Source: Escherichia coli (GTDB lineage: Bacteria; Pseudomonadota; Gammaproteobacteria; Enterobacterales; Enterobacteriaceae). Taken from it: 64,000 nt of DNA. Below the pieces are notes generated by a model. That model was not told the origin of the DNA. It saw only the letters and a list, made by a program, of their open reading frames with translations, and searched no databases. This document shows positions 37,576 to 48,737 of this stretch, piece after piece. The position numbers were made by a program, and so were the translations under genes. The stretch lies in the NCBI RefSeq assembly GCF_003334785.1, contig NZ_QOWV01000008.1. One strand, written 5' to 3'. Positions within the stretch are counted from its first letter, which is position 1. Each line of letters starts with the position of its first letter.

Positions 37576-38394
37576 ATGAAACTGACAACACATCATCTAC
37601 GGACAGGGGCCGCATTATTGCTGGCCGGAATTCTGCTGGCAGGTTGCGACCAGAGTAGCAGCGATGCAAAACACATTAAAGTTGGCGTTATAAATGGCGC
37701 AGAACAAGATGTCGCGGAAGTCGCTAAAAAGGTGGCAAAAGAGAAATATGGCCTCGATGTTGAACTGGTAGGATTTAGCGGTTCGTTGCTACCGAACGAT
37801 GCGACAAATCATGGCGAACTTGATGCGAATGTCTTCCAGCATCGACCCTTTCTTGAACAAGATAATCAGGCGCATGGTTATAAACTGGTAGCGGTGGGAA
37901 ATACGTTTGTCTTCCCTATGGCGGGTTATTCCAAAAAAATCAAAACCGTGGCGCAAATAAAAGAAGGCGCGACAGTGGCGATCCCCAACGACCCGACCAA
38001 CCTTGGTCGCGCACTTTTACTGTTGCAAAAAGAGAAGCTAATTACTCTGAAAGAGGGAAAAGGGTTATTACCTACCGCGCTGGATATAACCGATAATCCT
38101 CGTCATTTGCAGATTATGGAACTCGAGGGGGCGCAGCTCCCGCGCGTACTGGATGATCCCAAAGTTGATGTAGCGATTATCAGCACCACTTACATTCAGC
38201 AGACCGGGCTTTCTCCGGTGCACGACAGCGTATTTATTGAAGATAAGAATTCGCCGTATGTGAATATTTTGGTGGCACGGGAAGATAATAAGAATGCAGA
38301 AAACGTGAAGGAATTTCTGCAATCTTATCAATCACCCGAAGTCGCTAAAGCGGCAGAAACCATTTTTAACGGTGGCGCGGTGCCTGGCTGGTAA
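37576..38394 (+). CDS. nlpA: Lipoprotein 28 (methionine-binding-protein-like)
   Basis: 272-aa ORF with lipobox LAGC. Confidence 0.9.
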   Translation: MKLTTHHLRTGAALLLAGILLAGCDQSSSDAKHIKVGVINGAEQDVAEVAKKVAKEKYGLDVELVGFSGSLLPNDATNHGELDANVFQHRPFLEQDNQAHGYKLVAVGNTFVFPMAGYSKKIKTVAQIKEGATVAIPNDPTNLGRALLLLQKEKLITLKEGKGLLPTALDITDNPRHLQIMELEGAQLPRVLDDPKVDVAIISTTYIQQTGLSPVHDSVFIEDKNSPYVNILVAREDNKNAENVKEFLQSYQSPEVAKAAETIFNGGAVPGW

Positions 38395-38397
38395 TTC

Positions 38398-39321
38398 TCA
38401 CTTATGCCGCGCCGGACGATTTATTTTTCTGGCGCGGCGACGGGAATCCATTGAAATCAAAATCACCGATGACAGAATCAGCAGCGTTCCCAGCCAGTCC
38501 GGTAATGTGAACGTGATCCCCAGCAACAGCAAAGAGAGTAGCGCGCTACTTAATGGTTCTGCACAGCTCAAAATGCTGGCTTTTGGACCGCCAATTAATT
38601 GTGCTCCTTTCAGGTACAGACTAAATGTCAGGGACGTACCAATGACCACCAAATAAAAAAACGCCAGAATCAAACTGCCGTTAACGACAAAGTTTGTTCC
38701 TTGTCTGGCATAAAAAGGCAACAGAATCAGACCGCCAATCAGCATACTCCAGCCGACGACTGGTAACGTGCCATAGCGGGCAATTAGCGTTGAGGGATAG
38801 GTGGTATAGAATGCAGCAGCAAATGCCGAGGCAATGCCCCAGAACAACGCGGCAGGAGAGATCGATAATGACGTCGGATTACCGTGTGTCACCAATAAAA
38901 AAGTCCCGACCAGCGATGTCAAAATAGCGCAGAAAACCAGAATGCCCGGGCGCGATTTACGCACCAGTGAGAACCAGGCGACGATAATCGTCGGTGAGAG
39001 GAATTGCAGCACCGTTGCCGTGGCTGCGTTCGATTTTTCGATGGTTAGCAAAAAAGTGAGCTGTACAGTTAGCGCGCCAACCACGGAAAAAATCAGCAGG
39101 CTAATGGCATCTTTATGATTGTTAATAATAGAAAAGATTTTATCGCCATGAACAAATGACAGCGTCAGTAGAATCAAACCGGCGAATATCAAACGCGTCA
39201 TAGTCAAAAACTGCGACGACATCTGGCTTTGCTCCATGATGTATTGCGCGCAGACCCCTGAACTTCCCCACAACACGGCGGCAATCAGAACGTTCAGCAT
39301 CCCCTTTCTGGTGGAACCCAT
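38398..39321 (-). CDS. yicL: EamA/DMT-family transporter YicL
   Basis: 307-aa polytopic membrane ORF. Confidence 0.8.
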
Positions 39322-39431
39322 TTTTCCCTCTGCATACTGTTTTGTCGTTTATGTATGCAGGCATGATAGCAAAAATGGCGAGGATGGCTCTGTTTGCGCC
39401 ACGCCGATTTTTCTTAGCCCAGACTGGTGAG

Positions 39432-40616
39432 CTAAATATCTTTAATAAACAGCAGGCAAATCATCGCAATACCCAACATCCCTATCGCCAGCCAGAACAA
39501 CGCATGGTAGCTCCAGATTTCAACCATAATTCCGTCAACAGAGCCGGCGATAATCCAGCCGACGCGTGAAGTATTTGCATATAACGTTGTCGCAGAGCCT
39601 ATTTTTTCAGGCATCAAGTCCTGAAAATAAAGCATGCCGATACCACAGAGAATACCAAGGAAGATGGCATTAAGAATTTGCAATTCCAGCTCAACCGCCG
39701 GAGTCGTCGCCATGAGTACGCTGGCGTAAAAACACATTCCACTCACGATAGCAATGAGCATTAATAGTCGCTTGCCAATACGTTTCATGTAATAGCCTGC
39801 GATTAACATCATCGGAATTTCCAGACCGGCAGCGATACCAATCATTTCTCCAGCCAGTTTATCGGTTAGATGCAGTTCATCAATAATAAATAGCGGCATA
39901 TTTATCATGTAGAGATTATTCGCCGCCCACATCATTGAACAGACCACAAAAAGTAGCCGCGTATCCCGCTTCCTGTGGGTGGAGGGTAAAATTTCTACGG
40001 GTTGGGTAACGACAGGAATATTTCTTTGTATTGATGGCAAAAACAACCAGACTATCAGTCCGCAAACAACAAATGCGATGGCAGCGGTGAGATACATCAC
40101 TTTAAAACTAAATCCCATTGCCAGTTCATAAGCGAGCGGTGGCCCGATAACCCAGGCAAGCGAGATCTGAGCACGTAAAAATGTACTGAACATGACCGTC
40201 TCACGGCCTGTTCTGTCGGCGTGTTCACGGGCGAGGGCGAACATTTGCGGGTTTGCGGTGGAAGCAAAACTACTCAGAAGTACGCCCGTTGAGAGGAGAA
40301 TGAAGTAGTTGCGATTCCACGCAAAAAGCGTGCAGGCCAGCACTCCAAATAAGCAACATAGCAGAATCAGTAATTTACGGTCGCCTTGTTTATCGGAGTG
40401 CCTTGCCAGAAATTGACTGACCAGAATTCCCATAATAGCGCTACCGGTGAAGAAAAAACCTACCATTATAGGACGGGCTTTCAGTTCATCTGCGAGGAAT
40501 ATACTTAGGGTAGGAGTCTGAAGAGCGCCCGCAATACCCGTCAGAAAGGCGACAAGTAAAAATGCCGCGGCAGTGAGATCAAGTATTTTTGATGGAGTGG
40601 TAGCCGTTTTTTGCAT
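39432..40616 (-). CDS. setC: Sugar efflux transporter SetC (MFS)
   Basis: 394-aa MFS ORF. Confidence 0.85.
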   Translation of the reverse strand: MQKTATTPSKILDLTAAAFLLVAFLTGIAGALQTPTLSIFLADELKARPIMVGFFFTGSAIMGILVSQFLARHSDKQGDRKLLILLCCLFGVLACTLFAWNRNYFILLSTGVLLSSFASTANPQMFALAREHADRTGRETVMFSTFLRAQISLAWVIGPPLAYELAMGFSFKVMYLTAAIAFVVCGLIVWLFLPSIQRNIPVVTQPVEILPSTHRKRDTRLLFVVCSMMWAANNLYMINMPLFIIDELHLTDKLAGEMIGIAAGLEIPMMLIAGYYMKRIGKRLLMLIAIVSGMCFYASVLMATTPAVELELQILNAIFLGILCGIGMLYFQDLMPEKIGSATTLYANTSRVGWIIAGSVDGIMVEIWSYHALFWLAIGMLGIAMICLLFIKDI

Positions 40617-41249
40617 TCTTCTGAATCACCGGGCGAAAAAATATAACTGAGTTACAAATAAGTACCAGTCGAATGAGTATTGTATTAAGAATTTTTGAGT
40701 ATCGCTGATACAACCAGAAAGCAATGCTAGCGCAATATTATAGGGCCAGCAATTGAGATTATTAGTAAAAGCATGTTAAGAATTAATTACCGAATTTATA
40801 TATTAATTATAGTAAGGCAATGAGCTATTTTTGATAGTAAAAATAAAACAAGTTGATTTGATATATTAAATGAACAAATTAATCTTGATGGCAGTCTGAT
40901 TATTGGTGAAGTTTATAGTCAGTTTTTTTCGCCAGCGGTTAAAGAAATAGAATAGTCGTATAAAAAAGGGTGTTCTGGGGCGAGTAAAACAACATCTTCA
41001 CCTTAATGGCGATACAGTTGGCTGAGAGTCAGCAGGGGGGCAAATCACCTGCAAATAAACACGGCGCATACTGGCGTGAATATCGCGGATGCGTTCGAGG
41101 ACAGAAGAACCGACAGGCGGATTCTTCAGCCGCTCATCGTCCATCACAAAACCTTAGACCAGGTATTCCTGAAGCCGATTGAATATTGAGCAGTAGAAAA
41201 TATCTGGATTGACAGTATTACAAGGGGTTGGAGAACGTCAGGAGAGGCA

Positions 41250-41273
41250 TTTTGGCGGAAGATCACAGGAGTC
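41250..41273. repeat. Distal att repeat: 24-bp direct copy of the selC 3' end
   Basis: ttttggcggaagatcacaggagtc is identical to 53075..53098. Confidence 0.7.
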
Positions 41274-41401
41274 AAAATTGACATATAACAATTTGATTCC
41301 AATCGTTTATATTTATCAGCTCTAATTCATTTATACACATCCTTATACACATAATATCTGTCGATTAATTTTTACACGTATCTTCACGCACGTTAACTCA
41401 G

Positions 41402-41695
41402 GAAAAAAATTTTTTTTCGAAAGAACTGTTCACACTGTTCACCTTTCTGTTTTCTCCTTTTATTTCAGTTTGATAGGTGGTGAATAATGGGTGAAGGGTG
41501 AACATTCGATTCTTCACCTCCGGCATTCTGCCGGTGTGACTTGTGCAGGGGATTAATCCTCCGCACTGAAATCACACAGGGAGAAAAAAGTTTTTTTGAT
41601 TTGATTGTTCATCTTTCGTTTTTCTCTTTTAATTTCAGTGTGATAACGGGTGAATATACGGTGAAGGGTGAACAGTGGATTGTTCACTTTCGGGG
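41402..41695. repeat. crr-like region: two imperfect ~120-bp direct repeats with TGTTCAC motifs
   Basis: Units at about 41402..41522 and 41579..41695 share tgttcac / gggtgaa / ggtgaagggtgaaca blocks. Confidence 0.6.
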
Positions 41696-41703
41696 AATTC
41701 AGG

Positions 41704-41731
41704 GATAAAAAAAGACCGGCAGATGCCGGTC
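41704..41731 (-). terminator. Rho-independent terminator after alpha
   Basis: gaccggcagatgccggtc hairpin with U-run on the minus strand. Confidence 0.6.
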
Positions 41732-41738
41732 AGATGAG

Positions 41739-44072
41739 TCAGGCTGTTGCAGGGTCGTCACATTTCGGCAGCCAGTCGCCGTAGCTTTCCTCTTTCAGCG
41801 TCAGGTTGGTCTGTATCCCCTGTTTGGTATGGCGCTTCTCGTAATTCAGTCCGTATTCCTTCAGCATCACCGGCAGCCCCAGCCCGAACATTTTCAGACT
41901 GAGTACATTCCGGTAGCCGTTTGCCTCCATGTAGGCCAGATAGGCGTGATAGAGGTATTTACGGTAATTACGCGGGATGATACTGGCGTTCCCCATATAC
42001 ATGCCGCTGGTCTGCGGCAGGGTTTCCAGATAGCCGATAAAATCAAACGTCGGGTCGGCATCCCGTTTGATGTTCAGTGCCTCGTCTGAGTTCTGCTGGG
42101 ACTGAAGCAGTGACCGGGCGAGCATCGGGTCGCTGAACTTCTGCATCAGGTAACGCACGATGACCGCCAGCTCGCGGGTGATTTTGTCCTTAAGCTGCGG
42201 GTCGCGCTCCTGCGGGGCTATCTGTTCCGGGAAGTGAATAATCACCCGCCGGCGTGACACGCCGCCGCTGCGGTCGGTGAAGCGCATCGGGTTATTGTTC
42301 ACGGCCAGAATCACCGCCGGGATGTGCGTGGAGTACGCATCCCGGTATTTCGGGTCAACGGACACCGCATCGCCGCCGGTGATGGCCTTGAGTCCGGCAC
42401 CGTCGCCGCTCCATTTTTCCTGGTCCGGCAGGCGTATCAGTGAGAAGCCAGTTAACGCGGCACGTTCACGCGGGGATTCCAGCGTCTCGATGGTGGCCGA
42501 CGTGGCGTTATCCTCACCGGCCAGCAGGGTGGCTATTTCGGCCATGATACTTTTGCCGCTGCCGCCGGGACCGGTCACCTCCAGAAAGAGCTGCCAGTCG
42601 TAGCGGTTTGCCAGCACCATAAACAGTGCGGCCAGAATCACGTCGCGTTTTTCCGCACGGCCACCGGCGGCACGGTCAAGCCAGCGCCAGAATGCGGGGG
42701 CGTGGGTTTCCAGCGTTTCACCTTCCACCGGCGGGGTGAAATCCACATCGCACAGGGCGCGCATCCAGTGTGACGGACTGTGCGGGTGGAACGTGCCGTT
42801 CTGCGTGTCGAGCACGCCGTTACGAAAGCCAATCAGGCGGCGGGAGGGGGCTTCCTGCTGCGGAATAATCAGCTTCAGGGTGTCCACCACGGAGGCCACC
42901 TTCCCGGAGGAGAACGGCGCGCGCAGACGCTGAAACAGCCCGGCCACATCCCGGGCAAAGTCCTGTGGTGGCAGCACCTTCCAGACACCATTTTCATAGC
43001 GGGACAGAAGCTGGCCGTTGGCATCGACCGCGAGCGCCTCGCCGTAATGCTCATAGATACGCATGGCCTTTTCGCTGGTACTCATGGCGGAAAACTCCGC
43101 TTCGCTCATGGTGTCGAACGGGCTTTCAGCCGGTGGCCGGATGGCATCATAAATGGCCTTACGGGTGGTTTCCCCGCCGTACTGCGTGAAGGCATCATTC
43201 CAGTCACCGAAGACCGGCGGCAGGGCAACAACGCCCTCACACGCATCTGCGGCTGCGGCGGCTTTTTTCTGGCCGTCACCGCTGAGGTCACGGTCTGCGG
43301 CAAGGACAATCTGACAGGCCGGATGCTTCTGCCGGGCAAGGCTGGCCAGAGAAAGGAGGTTCACGGAAGAAAGCGCCACCATCACCGTTTCACCGGTCAG
43401 GTGATGTACGGTAAGTGCGGTCGCGTATCCCTCCGCTATCCACAGACGTTTTCCGGCCTGATTCTGTCCTTCAAGGGTGTGACAGGTGCCCCTGACCTGT
43501 CCGCCTTTCAGGGTGCGCTTACGGCCGTCAGCACTGATTAACTGAAGGTTAACCAGTTCGCCGCTGTCGTCATACAGTGGCACCACAAGGTCACCGGCGC
43601 GCCAGCTCACGCCACCGGCTCTGTGTGTGCCGGTCAGCATCCGGCATTCCCGGCCGGGAAAGCCCTTGCGGGTCAGGTAGGCGTTACCGGTTCCGGGACG
43701 GGTTTTCGCCATCAGGGTTTGTGCCAGTGCGGCGGCGTTCTTCCGGGCGGCTTCTGTTTCAGCACCGGCGGCGGCCGTCACTGCCGGGTCAGCCGGGGGC
43801 AGGCAGCCGGTCACGGCAGCCACCTTTGCGGCCGCGTCGGACGGGGAAACACCAAACACCTTTTCAACCAGTTTCAGGCCGTCACCGGCACCACACTGAT
43901 TGCAGTACCAGGTGCCGCGCCCCTCCCTGTCATCAAAACGGAAACGGTCACTTCCGCCACAGACCGGACAGGGCTGATGACGGTTTTTCAGCACCTGAAT
44001 CCCCAGCGACGGGAGAATACGCGGCCAGTGGCCGAGCGCATGGCTGACGGTGGCGGTTACGTTCATTTTCAT
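41739..44072 (-). CDS. P4 alpha-type primase-helicase
   Basis: 777-aa ORF; N-terminal zinc-ribbon CPVCGG..CNQCG, Walker A GPGGSGKS. Confidence 0.9.
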   Translation of the reverse strand: MKMNVTATVSHALGHWPRILPSLGIQVLKNRHQPCPVCGGSDRFRFDDREGRGTWYCNQCGAGDGLKLVEKVFGVSPSDAAAKVAAVTGCLPPADPAVTAAAGAETEAARKNAAALAQTLMAKTRPGTGNAYLTRKGFPGRECRMLTGTHRAGGVSWRAGDLVVPLYDDSGELVNLQLISADGRKRTLKGGQVRGTCHTLEGQNQAGKRLWIAEGYATALTVHHLTGETVMVALSSVNLLSLASLARQKHPACQIVLAADRDLSGDGQKKAAAAADACEGVVALPPVFGDWNDAFTQYGGETTRKAIYDAIRPPAESPFDTMSEAEFSAMSTSEKAMRIYEHYGEALAVDANGQLLSRYENGVWKVLPPQDFARDVAGLFQRLRAPFSSGKVASVVDTLKLIIPQQEAPSRRLIGFRNGVLDTQNGTFHPHSPSHWMRALCDVDFTPPVEGETLETHAPAFWRWLDRAAGGRAEKRDVILAALFMVLANRYDWQLFLEVTGPGGSGKSIMAEIATLLAGEDNATSATIETLESPRERAALTGFSLIRLPDQEKWSGDGAGLKAITGGDAVSVDPKYRDAYSTHIPAVILAVNNNPMRFTDRSGGVSRRRVIIHFPEQIAPQERDPQLKDKITRELAVIVRYLMQKFSDPMLARSLLQSQQNSDEALNIKRDADPTFDFIGYLETLPQTSGMYMGNASIIPRNYRKYLYHAYLAYMEANGYRNVLSLKMFGLGLPVMLKEYGLNYEKRHTKQGIQTNLTLKEESYGDWLPKCDDPATA

Positions 44073-44086
44073 GGTGTTGTTCTCCT

Positions 44087-44407
44087 TCAGTGCAGTACCG
44101 GCGCTTTTATGTGACGGGCACAGAGTTCATCCATCACAACCAGCCCGAGAAAGGACAGCGACGGCGCGGCCTTCAGGGGGCCGGATTCCATTAAATCTTC
44201 CAGCAGGGCACAGGCTATCTGACGCCCTTTTTCCTCACCGTGCTGGCGCAGATAAAAGCCTTCCAGCTCAGCGGCGATGGCCGCCTCCAGTGACTCAAGG
44301 GTGAGATGCGGGTAGCGGTGCTGACGTTCGCACACGGTCAGCCAGGCACAGGCGACAGCGCGACGGTAAAGGGCAGCGCGTAAGACGGGCGGTAAGGGGG
44401 TTTTCAT
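44087..44407 (-). CDS. Hypothetical protein, P4 left-operon position (orf106-like)
   Basis: 106-aa ORF immediately upstream of alpha, same strand. Confidence 0.5.
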
Positions 44408-44542
44408 TTGTTTTCCTCCCTGTGACAGATGACTGCATTCCGTGCCGGTTGCATTAACTGATAAGGCATATCTGCGTCTCCTGAAGACGTGCGTATCCCT
44501 GCGCGAATACGCACATTTAATTTTTCGGGTGTCGTTTTTTAA

Positions 44543-44998
44543 TTACAGATAATTGCGGTAACTGTTATCCGGGGTGATTTCCGGGTCAGGCTCCGTGCGG
44601 GGAATTTCCCGCCATTCCCGCGCCACCGGTGCCGCCCGGCTGACCGGAACAGGGTCCTGCGGGTAAATATCCAGATATTTCTCCCGCCATTTCTGTAATT
44701 CCGGGTCTCCGGCCATTTCTTTCAGTACCGCATGCCGGTTTACGGGGCTGCGTTTAAACAGGTCAGGACGGTCACAGGTAAATTCCCGCAGAAAACGCCC
44801 CAGCGGGATGTCTGTGGTGCGCCCGTCGGCGATGATACGCACAAGGATACTGAATTTACGGCGGTACGGGTTCCAGACAATTTCCGGGCAGCGGTACGGC
44901 ATTTCCCACGGAATACCGTCTTCCAGAATGCCGACCACGGCCACATCGGGAAAACCGGCAGAACGGTAAATCTCACCGGGCTGGGGAAAATCAAACAT
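44543..44998 (-). CDS. Hypothetical protein, P4 left-operon position (orf151-like)
   Basis: 151-aa ORF co-oriented with alpha. Confidence 0.5.
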   Translation of the reverse strand: MFDFPQPGEIYRSAGFPDVAVVGILEDGIPWEMPYRCPEIVWNPYRRKFSILVRIIADGRTTDIPLGRFLREFTCDRPDLFKRSPVNRHAVLKEMAGDPELQKWREKYLDIYPQDPVPVSRAAPVAREWREIPRTEPDPEITPDNSYRNYL

Positions 44999-45857
44999 GC
45001 GTCCTGTCTCCCCGGTCTTTCTGCTGGGCGAGAAAATCGCGGCACAGGCCTTTGGCTTTCAGCTCATTCAGCACAAAATCAATATCTTCATTCAGGTAAC
45101 TGAAAATATGCGGAATGTAGAGCTGATGCAGGCCGGAGAGTTCACGGTGAATCAAATCACCCCCAACAAACTGGGATACGGCGCTGGCGCGGTTGAGCTT
45201 ATGGTAAGCCTCAATGCTGAGGTGTTCACGGGCGTCATGACGCGCTGAGACGGTCTGAGGGGCTTTTTTATTACGCACGGGACACCTCCACCACCGGCAG
45301 ACGGGCAGCAAGGGAGAGCACATAGTCACGGACAAGGGAACGGCGGGCGCTGCGTTCATCACCGGCGACGGTGCGAAGCATACAGATACGGGGATGACGG
45401 TCTGTGCGACGGACAGCCGCAAACACAAAGACAAATTCAGGGTGTGAGGGGGTAAGGGTTGTAGCCATGATGGCAGCCTCCTGTGAATAGCAAATAACGC
45501 TATCGCCGGAGTTCTCACGCTCGATGGCGATAGCCCAGACGGGGGTGAGAATACCGGCTTCACAGGATACCGGCCAGCCCGGAGGCTGCCCCGCCTGAGC
45601 TACCATTGACTCAGAGGCATAACATGCGATTGCGAACAGGATCATACCTGCACGGCAAACCACACGCCACACCATAATCTGGTGCTCTGTGGCGTTGATT
45701 GCGACACAAAAAAAGACGCATGGCGCGTCATATGTCGCCTGTGAATTGCTCGGGTTCTCACGCCCGGCTGCCGATTTTGCGGCAGCGGAAAAACTATATC
45801 CGCAAATGCCGGAAAAAGGCAAGCCAGAAAAAGGGAGTTTTTGCAGAGCGGGCATCA

Positions 45858-46124
45858 TCATGCGTCGTACCCCCGTTTGCGTCCGGCAATGCGTCCGGCC
45901 ATCCATGCGGTGACTTCAGAGTGCAGCCAGGCCACATTTTTACCGCCAAGACTCACCTGCGGCGGAAATTCCCCCTTACGGATGAGTTCGTAGATGGTCG
46001 AGCGTGACAGGCCGCACAGGTGCATCACTTCCGGAAGACGTAAAAAACGCTCCTGTGTGATGTCCGGCAGCGGCATCAGTGGCGTCACAGGGGCGGGAGA
46101 CGGGGAAGAAAAAACAGCTTGCAT
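45858..46124 (-). CDS. AlpA/Vis-family small DNA-binding regulator
   Basis: 88-aa ORF with HTH-like [16 protein letters not shown]. Confidence 0.65.
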   Translation of the reverse strand: MQAVFSSPSPAPVTPLMPLPDITQERFLRLPEVMHLCGLSRSTIYELIRKGEFPPQVSLGGKNVAWLHSEVTAWMAGRIAGRKRGYDA

Positions 46125-46403
46125 CGGGCTACCTCGTTAATGTCCATACAGCACCGGATAAGTCCGTCCGGCTTCAGGTAGCGCTTTATTTTGTGAATAT
46201 TTTCAGCAGACGCAACAGGGGGGATTTGTTCCGGCAGCCTTACAATGCTTGTGTATTTTTTGTTCATCTCCACTTAAAGTCATTTAAAGCCACTTAAAGC
46301 AATTCGTAATTTTTATAGTGAAATACAAATCGTTTTTTCTTATTCATTCCCGGCGAATTAATAAAAACAAACAGTAATAAACAGCACAAAAAGCCCATCA
46401 ACG

Positions 46404-46508
46404 GGTGAACAGTGGTGAACAGACGGTGAACAGTCATTACTGCGATTGTTCACCCTTTAACTTACTGTATTACTTATCTTTTTTCTTATGGTGAACAGAG
46501 GTGAACAG
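46404..46508. repeat. ori-like iteron cluster (GGTGAACAG octamer copies)
   Basis: Five direct copies of ggtgaacag plus one inverted ttgttcacc within about 105 bp, between divergent vis and sid. Confidence 0.6.
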
Positions 46509-46676
46509 TAAAATATAAAAAAACAAACAGTAAGCCGGTTTTTCCTACGACCTTTTCCTGGCTTGCCGGTGTGAGGATGAGTCTCCTGTGTCAGGGCTGG
46601 CACATCTGCAATGCGTCGTGTTGTTGTCCGGTGTACGTCACAATTTTCTTAACCTGAAGTGACGAGGAGCCGGAAA

Positions 46677-47411
46677 ATGTCTGACAACACCATCCCTGAA
46701 TATCTGCAACCCGCACTGGCACAACTGGAAAAGGCCAGAGCCGCCCACCTTGAGAACGCCCGACTGATGGATGAGACCGTCACGGCCATTGAACGGGCAG
46801 AGCAGGAAAAAAATGCGCTGGCGCAGGCCGACGGAAATGACGCTGATGACTGGCGCACAGCCTTTCGTGCAGCCGGTGGTGTCCTGAGCGACGAGCTGAA
46901 ACAGCGCCACATTGAGCGCGTGGCACGCCGGGAGCTGGTACAGGAATATGACAATCTGGCCGTGGTGCTGAATTTTGAACGTGAACGCCTGAAAGGGGCG
47001 TGTGACAGCACGGCTACCGCCTACCGGAAGGCACATCATCACCTTCTGAGTCTGTATGCAGAGCATGAGCTGGAACACGCCCTGAATGAAACCTGTGAGG
47101 CGCTTGTCCGGGCAATGCATCTGAGCATTCTGGTACAGGAAAATCCGATCGCCAACACCACCGGCCATCAGGGCTACGTCGCACCCGATAAGGCTGTCAT
47201 GCAGCAGGTGAAATCATCGCTGGAACAGAAAATTAAACAGATGCAAATCAGCCTCAGCGGCGAGCCGGTTCTCCGGCTGACCGGACTGTCAGCGGCAACA
47301 CTTCCGCACATGGATTATGAGGTGGCAGGCACACCGGCACAGCGCAAGGTGTGGCAGGACAAAATAGACCAGCAGGGAGCAGAGCTTAAGGCCAGAGGAC
47401 TGCTGTCATGA
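46677..47411 (+). CDS. P4 Sid-like capsid size-determination scaffold
   Basis: ORF 46659..47411; ATG at 46677 preceded by gaggag RBS; 244 aa, coiled-coil-rich. Confidence 0.8.
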   Translation: MSDNTIPEYLQPALAQLEKARAAHLENARLMDETVTAIERAEQEKNALAQADGNDADDWRTAFRAAGGVLSDELKQRHIERVARRELVQEYDNLAVVLNFERERLKGACDSTATAYRKAHHHLLSLYAEHELEHALNETCEALVRAMHLSILVQENPIANTTGHQGYVAPDKAVMQQVKSSLEQKIKQMQISLSGEPVLRLTGLSAATLPHMDYEVAGTPAQRKVWQDKIDQQGAELKARGLLS

Positions 47412-47908
47412 TTTACTGCCCGTCGTGTGGACATGTTGCTCACACCCGCCGCGCACATTTTATGGACGATGGCACCAAGATAATGATTGCACAGTGCCGG
47501 AATATTTATTGCTCTGCGACATTTGAAGCGAGTGAAAGCTTTTTCTCTGACAGTAAAGATTCAGGAATGGAATACATTTCAGGCAAACAGAGATACCGCG
47601 ATTCACTGACGTCAGCCTCCGGTAGCATGAAGCGCCCGAAAAGAATGCTTGTTACCGGATATTGTTGTCGGAGATGTAAAGGCCTTGCACTGTCAAGAAC
47701 ATCGCGGCGTCTGTCTCAGGAAGTCACCGAGCGTTTTTATGTGTGCACGGATCCGGGCTGTGGTCTGGTGTTTAAAACGCTTCAGACCATCAACCGCTTC
47801 ATTGTCCGCCCGGTCACGCCGGACGAACTGGCAGAAAGCCTGCATGAAAAACAGGAACTGCCGCCAGTACGCTTAAAAACACAATCATATTCGCTGCGTC
47901 TGGAATGA
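47408..47908 (+). CDS. P4 Delta-like late transactivator (tandem Ogr-type zinc finger)
   Basis: 166-aa ORF with two CxxC..CxxC blocks (CPSCGH..CRNIYC and CRRCKG..CTDPGC). Confidence 0.8.
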   Translation: MIYCPSCGHVAHTRRAHFMDDGTKIMIAQCRNIYCSATFEASESFFSDSKDSGMEYISGKQRYRDSLTSASGSMKRPKRMLVTGYCCRRCKGLALSRTSRRLSQEVTERFYVCTDPGCGLVFKTLQTINRFIVRPVTPDELAESLHEKQELPPVRLKTQSYSLRLE

Positions 47909-47981
47909 GGGCTGCCGGTTAACACCGGCCGTCGCCGCACACCGTATTTTTATTCTTCAGCATGATGAGAAAGAGATAACG

Positions 47982-48554
47982 ATGGAAAGCACAGCCTTAC
48001 AGCAGGCCTTTGACACCTGTCAGAATAACAAAGCAGCATGGCTGCAACGCAAAAATGAGCTGGCTGCGGCCGAACAGGAATATCTGCGGCTTCTGTCAGG
48101 AGAAGGCAGAAACGTCAGTCGCCTGGACGAATTACGCAATATTATCGAAGTCAGAAAATGGCAGGTGAATCAGGCCGCCGGTCGTTATATTCGTTCGCAT
48201 GAAGCCGTTCAGCACATCAGCATCCGCGACCGGCTGAATGATTTTATGCAGCAGCACGGCACAGCACTGGCGGCGGCACTGGCACCGGAGCTGATGGGCT
48301 ACAGTGAGCTGACGGCCATTGCCCGAAACTGTGCCATACAGCGTGCCACAGATGCCCTGCGTGAAGCCCTTCTGTCCTGGCTTGCGAAGGGTGAAAAAAT
48401 TAATTATTCCGCACAGGATAGCGACATTTTAACGGCCATTGGATTCAGACCTGACGCGGCTTCGGTGGATGACAGCCGTGAAAAATTCACCCCTGCGCAG
48501 AACATGATTTTTTCGCGTAAAAGTGCGCAACTGGCATCACGTCAGTCTGTGTAA
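47982..48554 (+). CDS. P4 Psu-like polarity suppression / capsid decoration protein
   Basis: 190-aa ORF following delta. Confidence 0.8.
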   Translation: MESTALQQAFDTCQNNKAAWLQRKNELAAAEQEYLRLLSGEGRNVSRLDELRNIIEVRKWQVNQAAGRYIRSHEAVQHISIRDRLNDFMQQHGTALAAALAPELMGYSELTAIARNCAIQRATDALREALLSWLAKGEKINYSAQDSDILTAIGFRPDAASVDDSREKFTPAQNMIFSRKSAQLASRQSV

Positions 48555-48718
48555 AATTCCCCGAAAATCCGCCCGTTTTTACTGAAAAAAGCCATGCATC
48601 GATAAGGTGCATGGCTTTGCATGCGTTTTCCTGCCTCATTTTCTGCAGATCGCGCCACGCCCGGCGTGGCCTGAGCGTGTCAGCGCAACTGCATTAAAAC
48701 CATCCCACAAAGCGGGCG

Positions 48719-48737
48719 GGCGAGGCGGGGAAAGCAC
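48719..48737. other. cos site (P2/P4-type 19-nt cohesive end sequence)
   Basis: ggcgaggcggggaaagcac. Confidence 0.6.

Noticed and set aside
40617-41249. AT-rich 630-bp stretch between setC and the distal att repeat as possible additional island cargo or sRNA
   Set aside because: No ORF of 60 aa or more, no clear promoter-terminator pair, and it lies outside the att repeat; most simply native setC upstream sequence.
46404-46508. Short direct repeats (GGTGAACAG) that could be mistaken for a CRISPR array; likewise the ~120-bp repeats at 41402..41695
   Set aside because: Repeat units are 9 bp with irregular 1-50 bp spacing and an inverted copy; no repeat-spacer periodicity or cas genes. They fit replication-origin iterons of a P4-like element.
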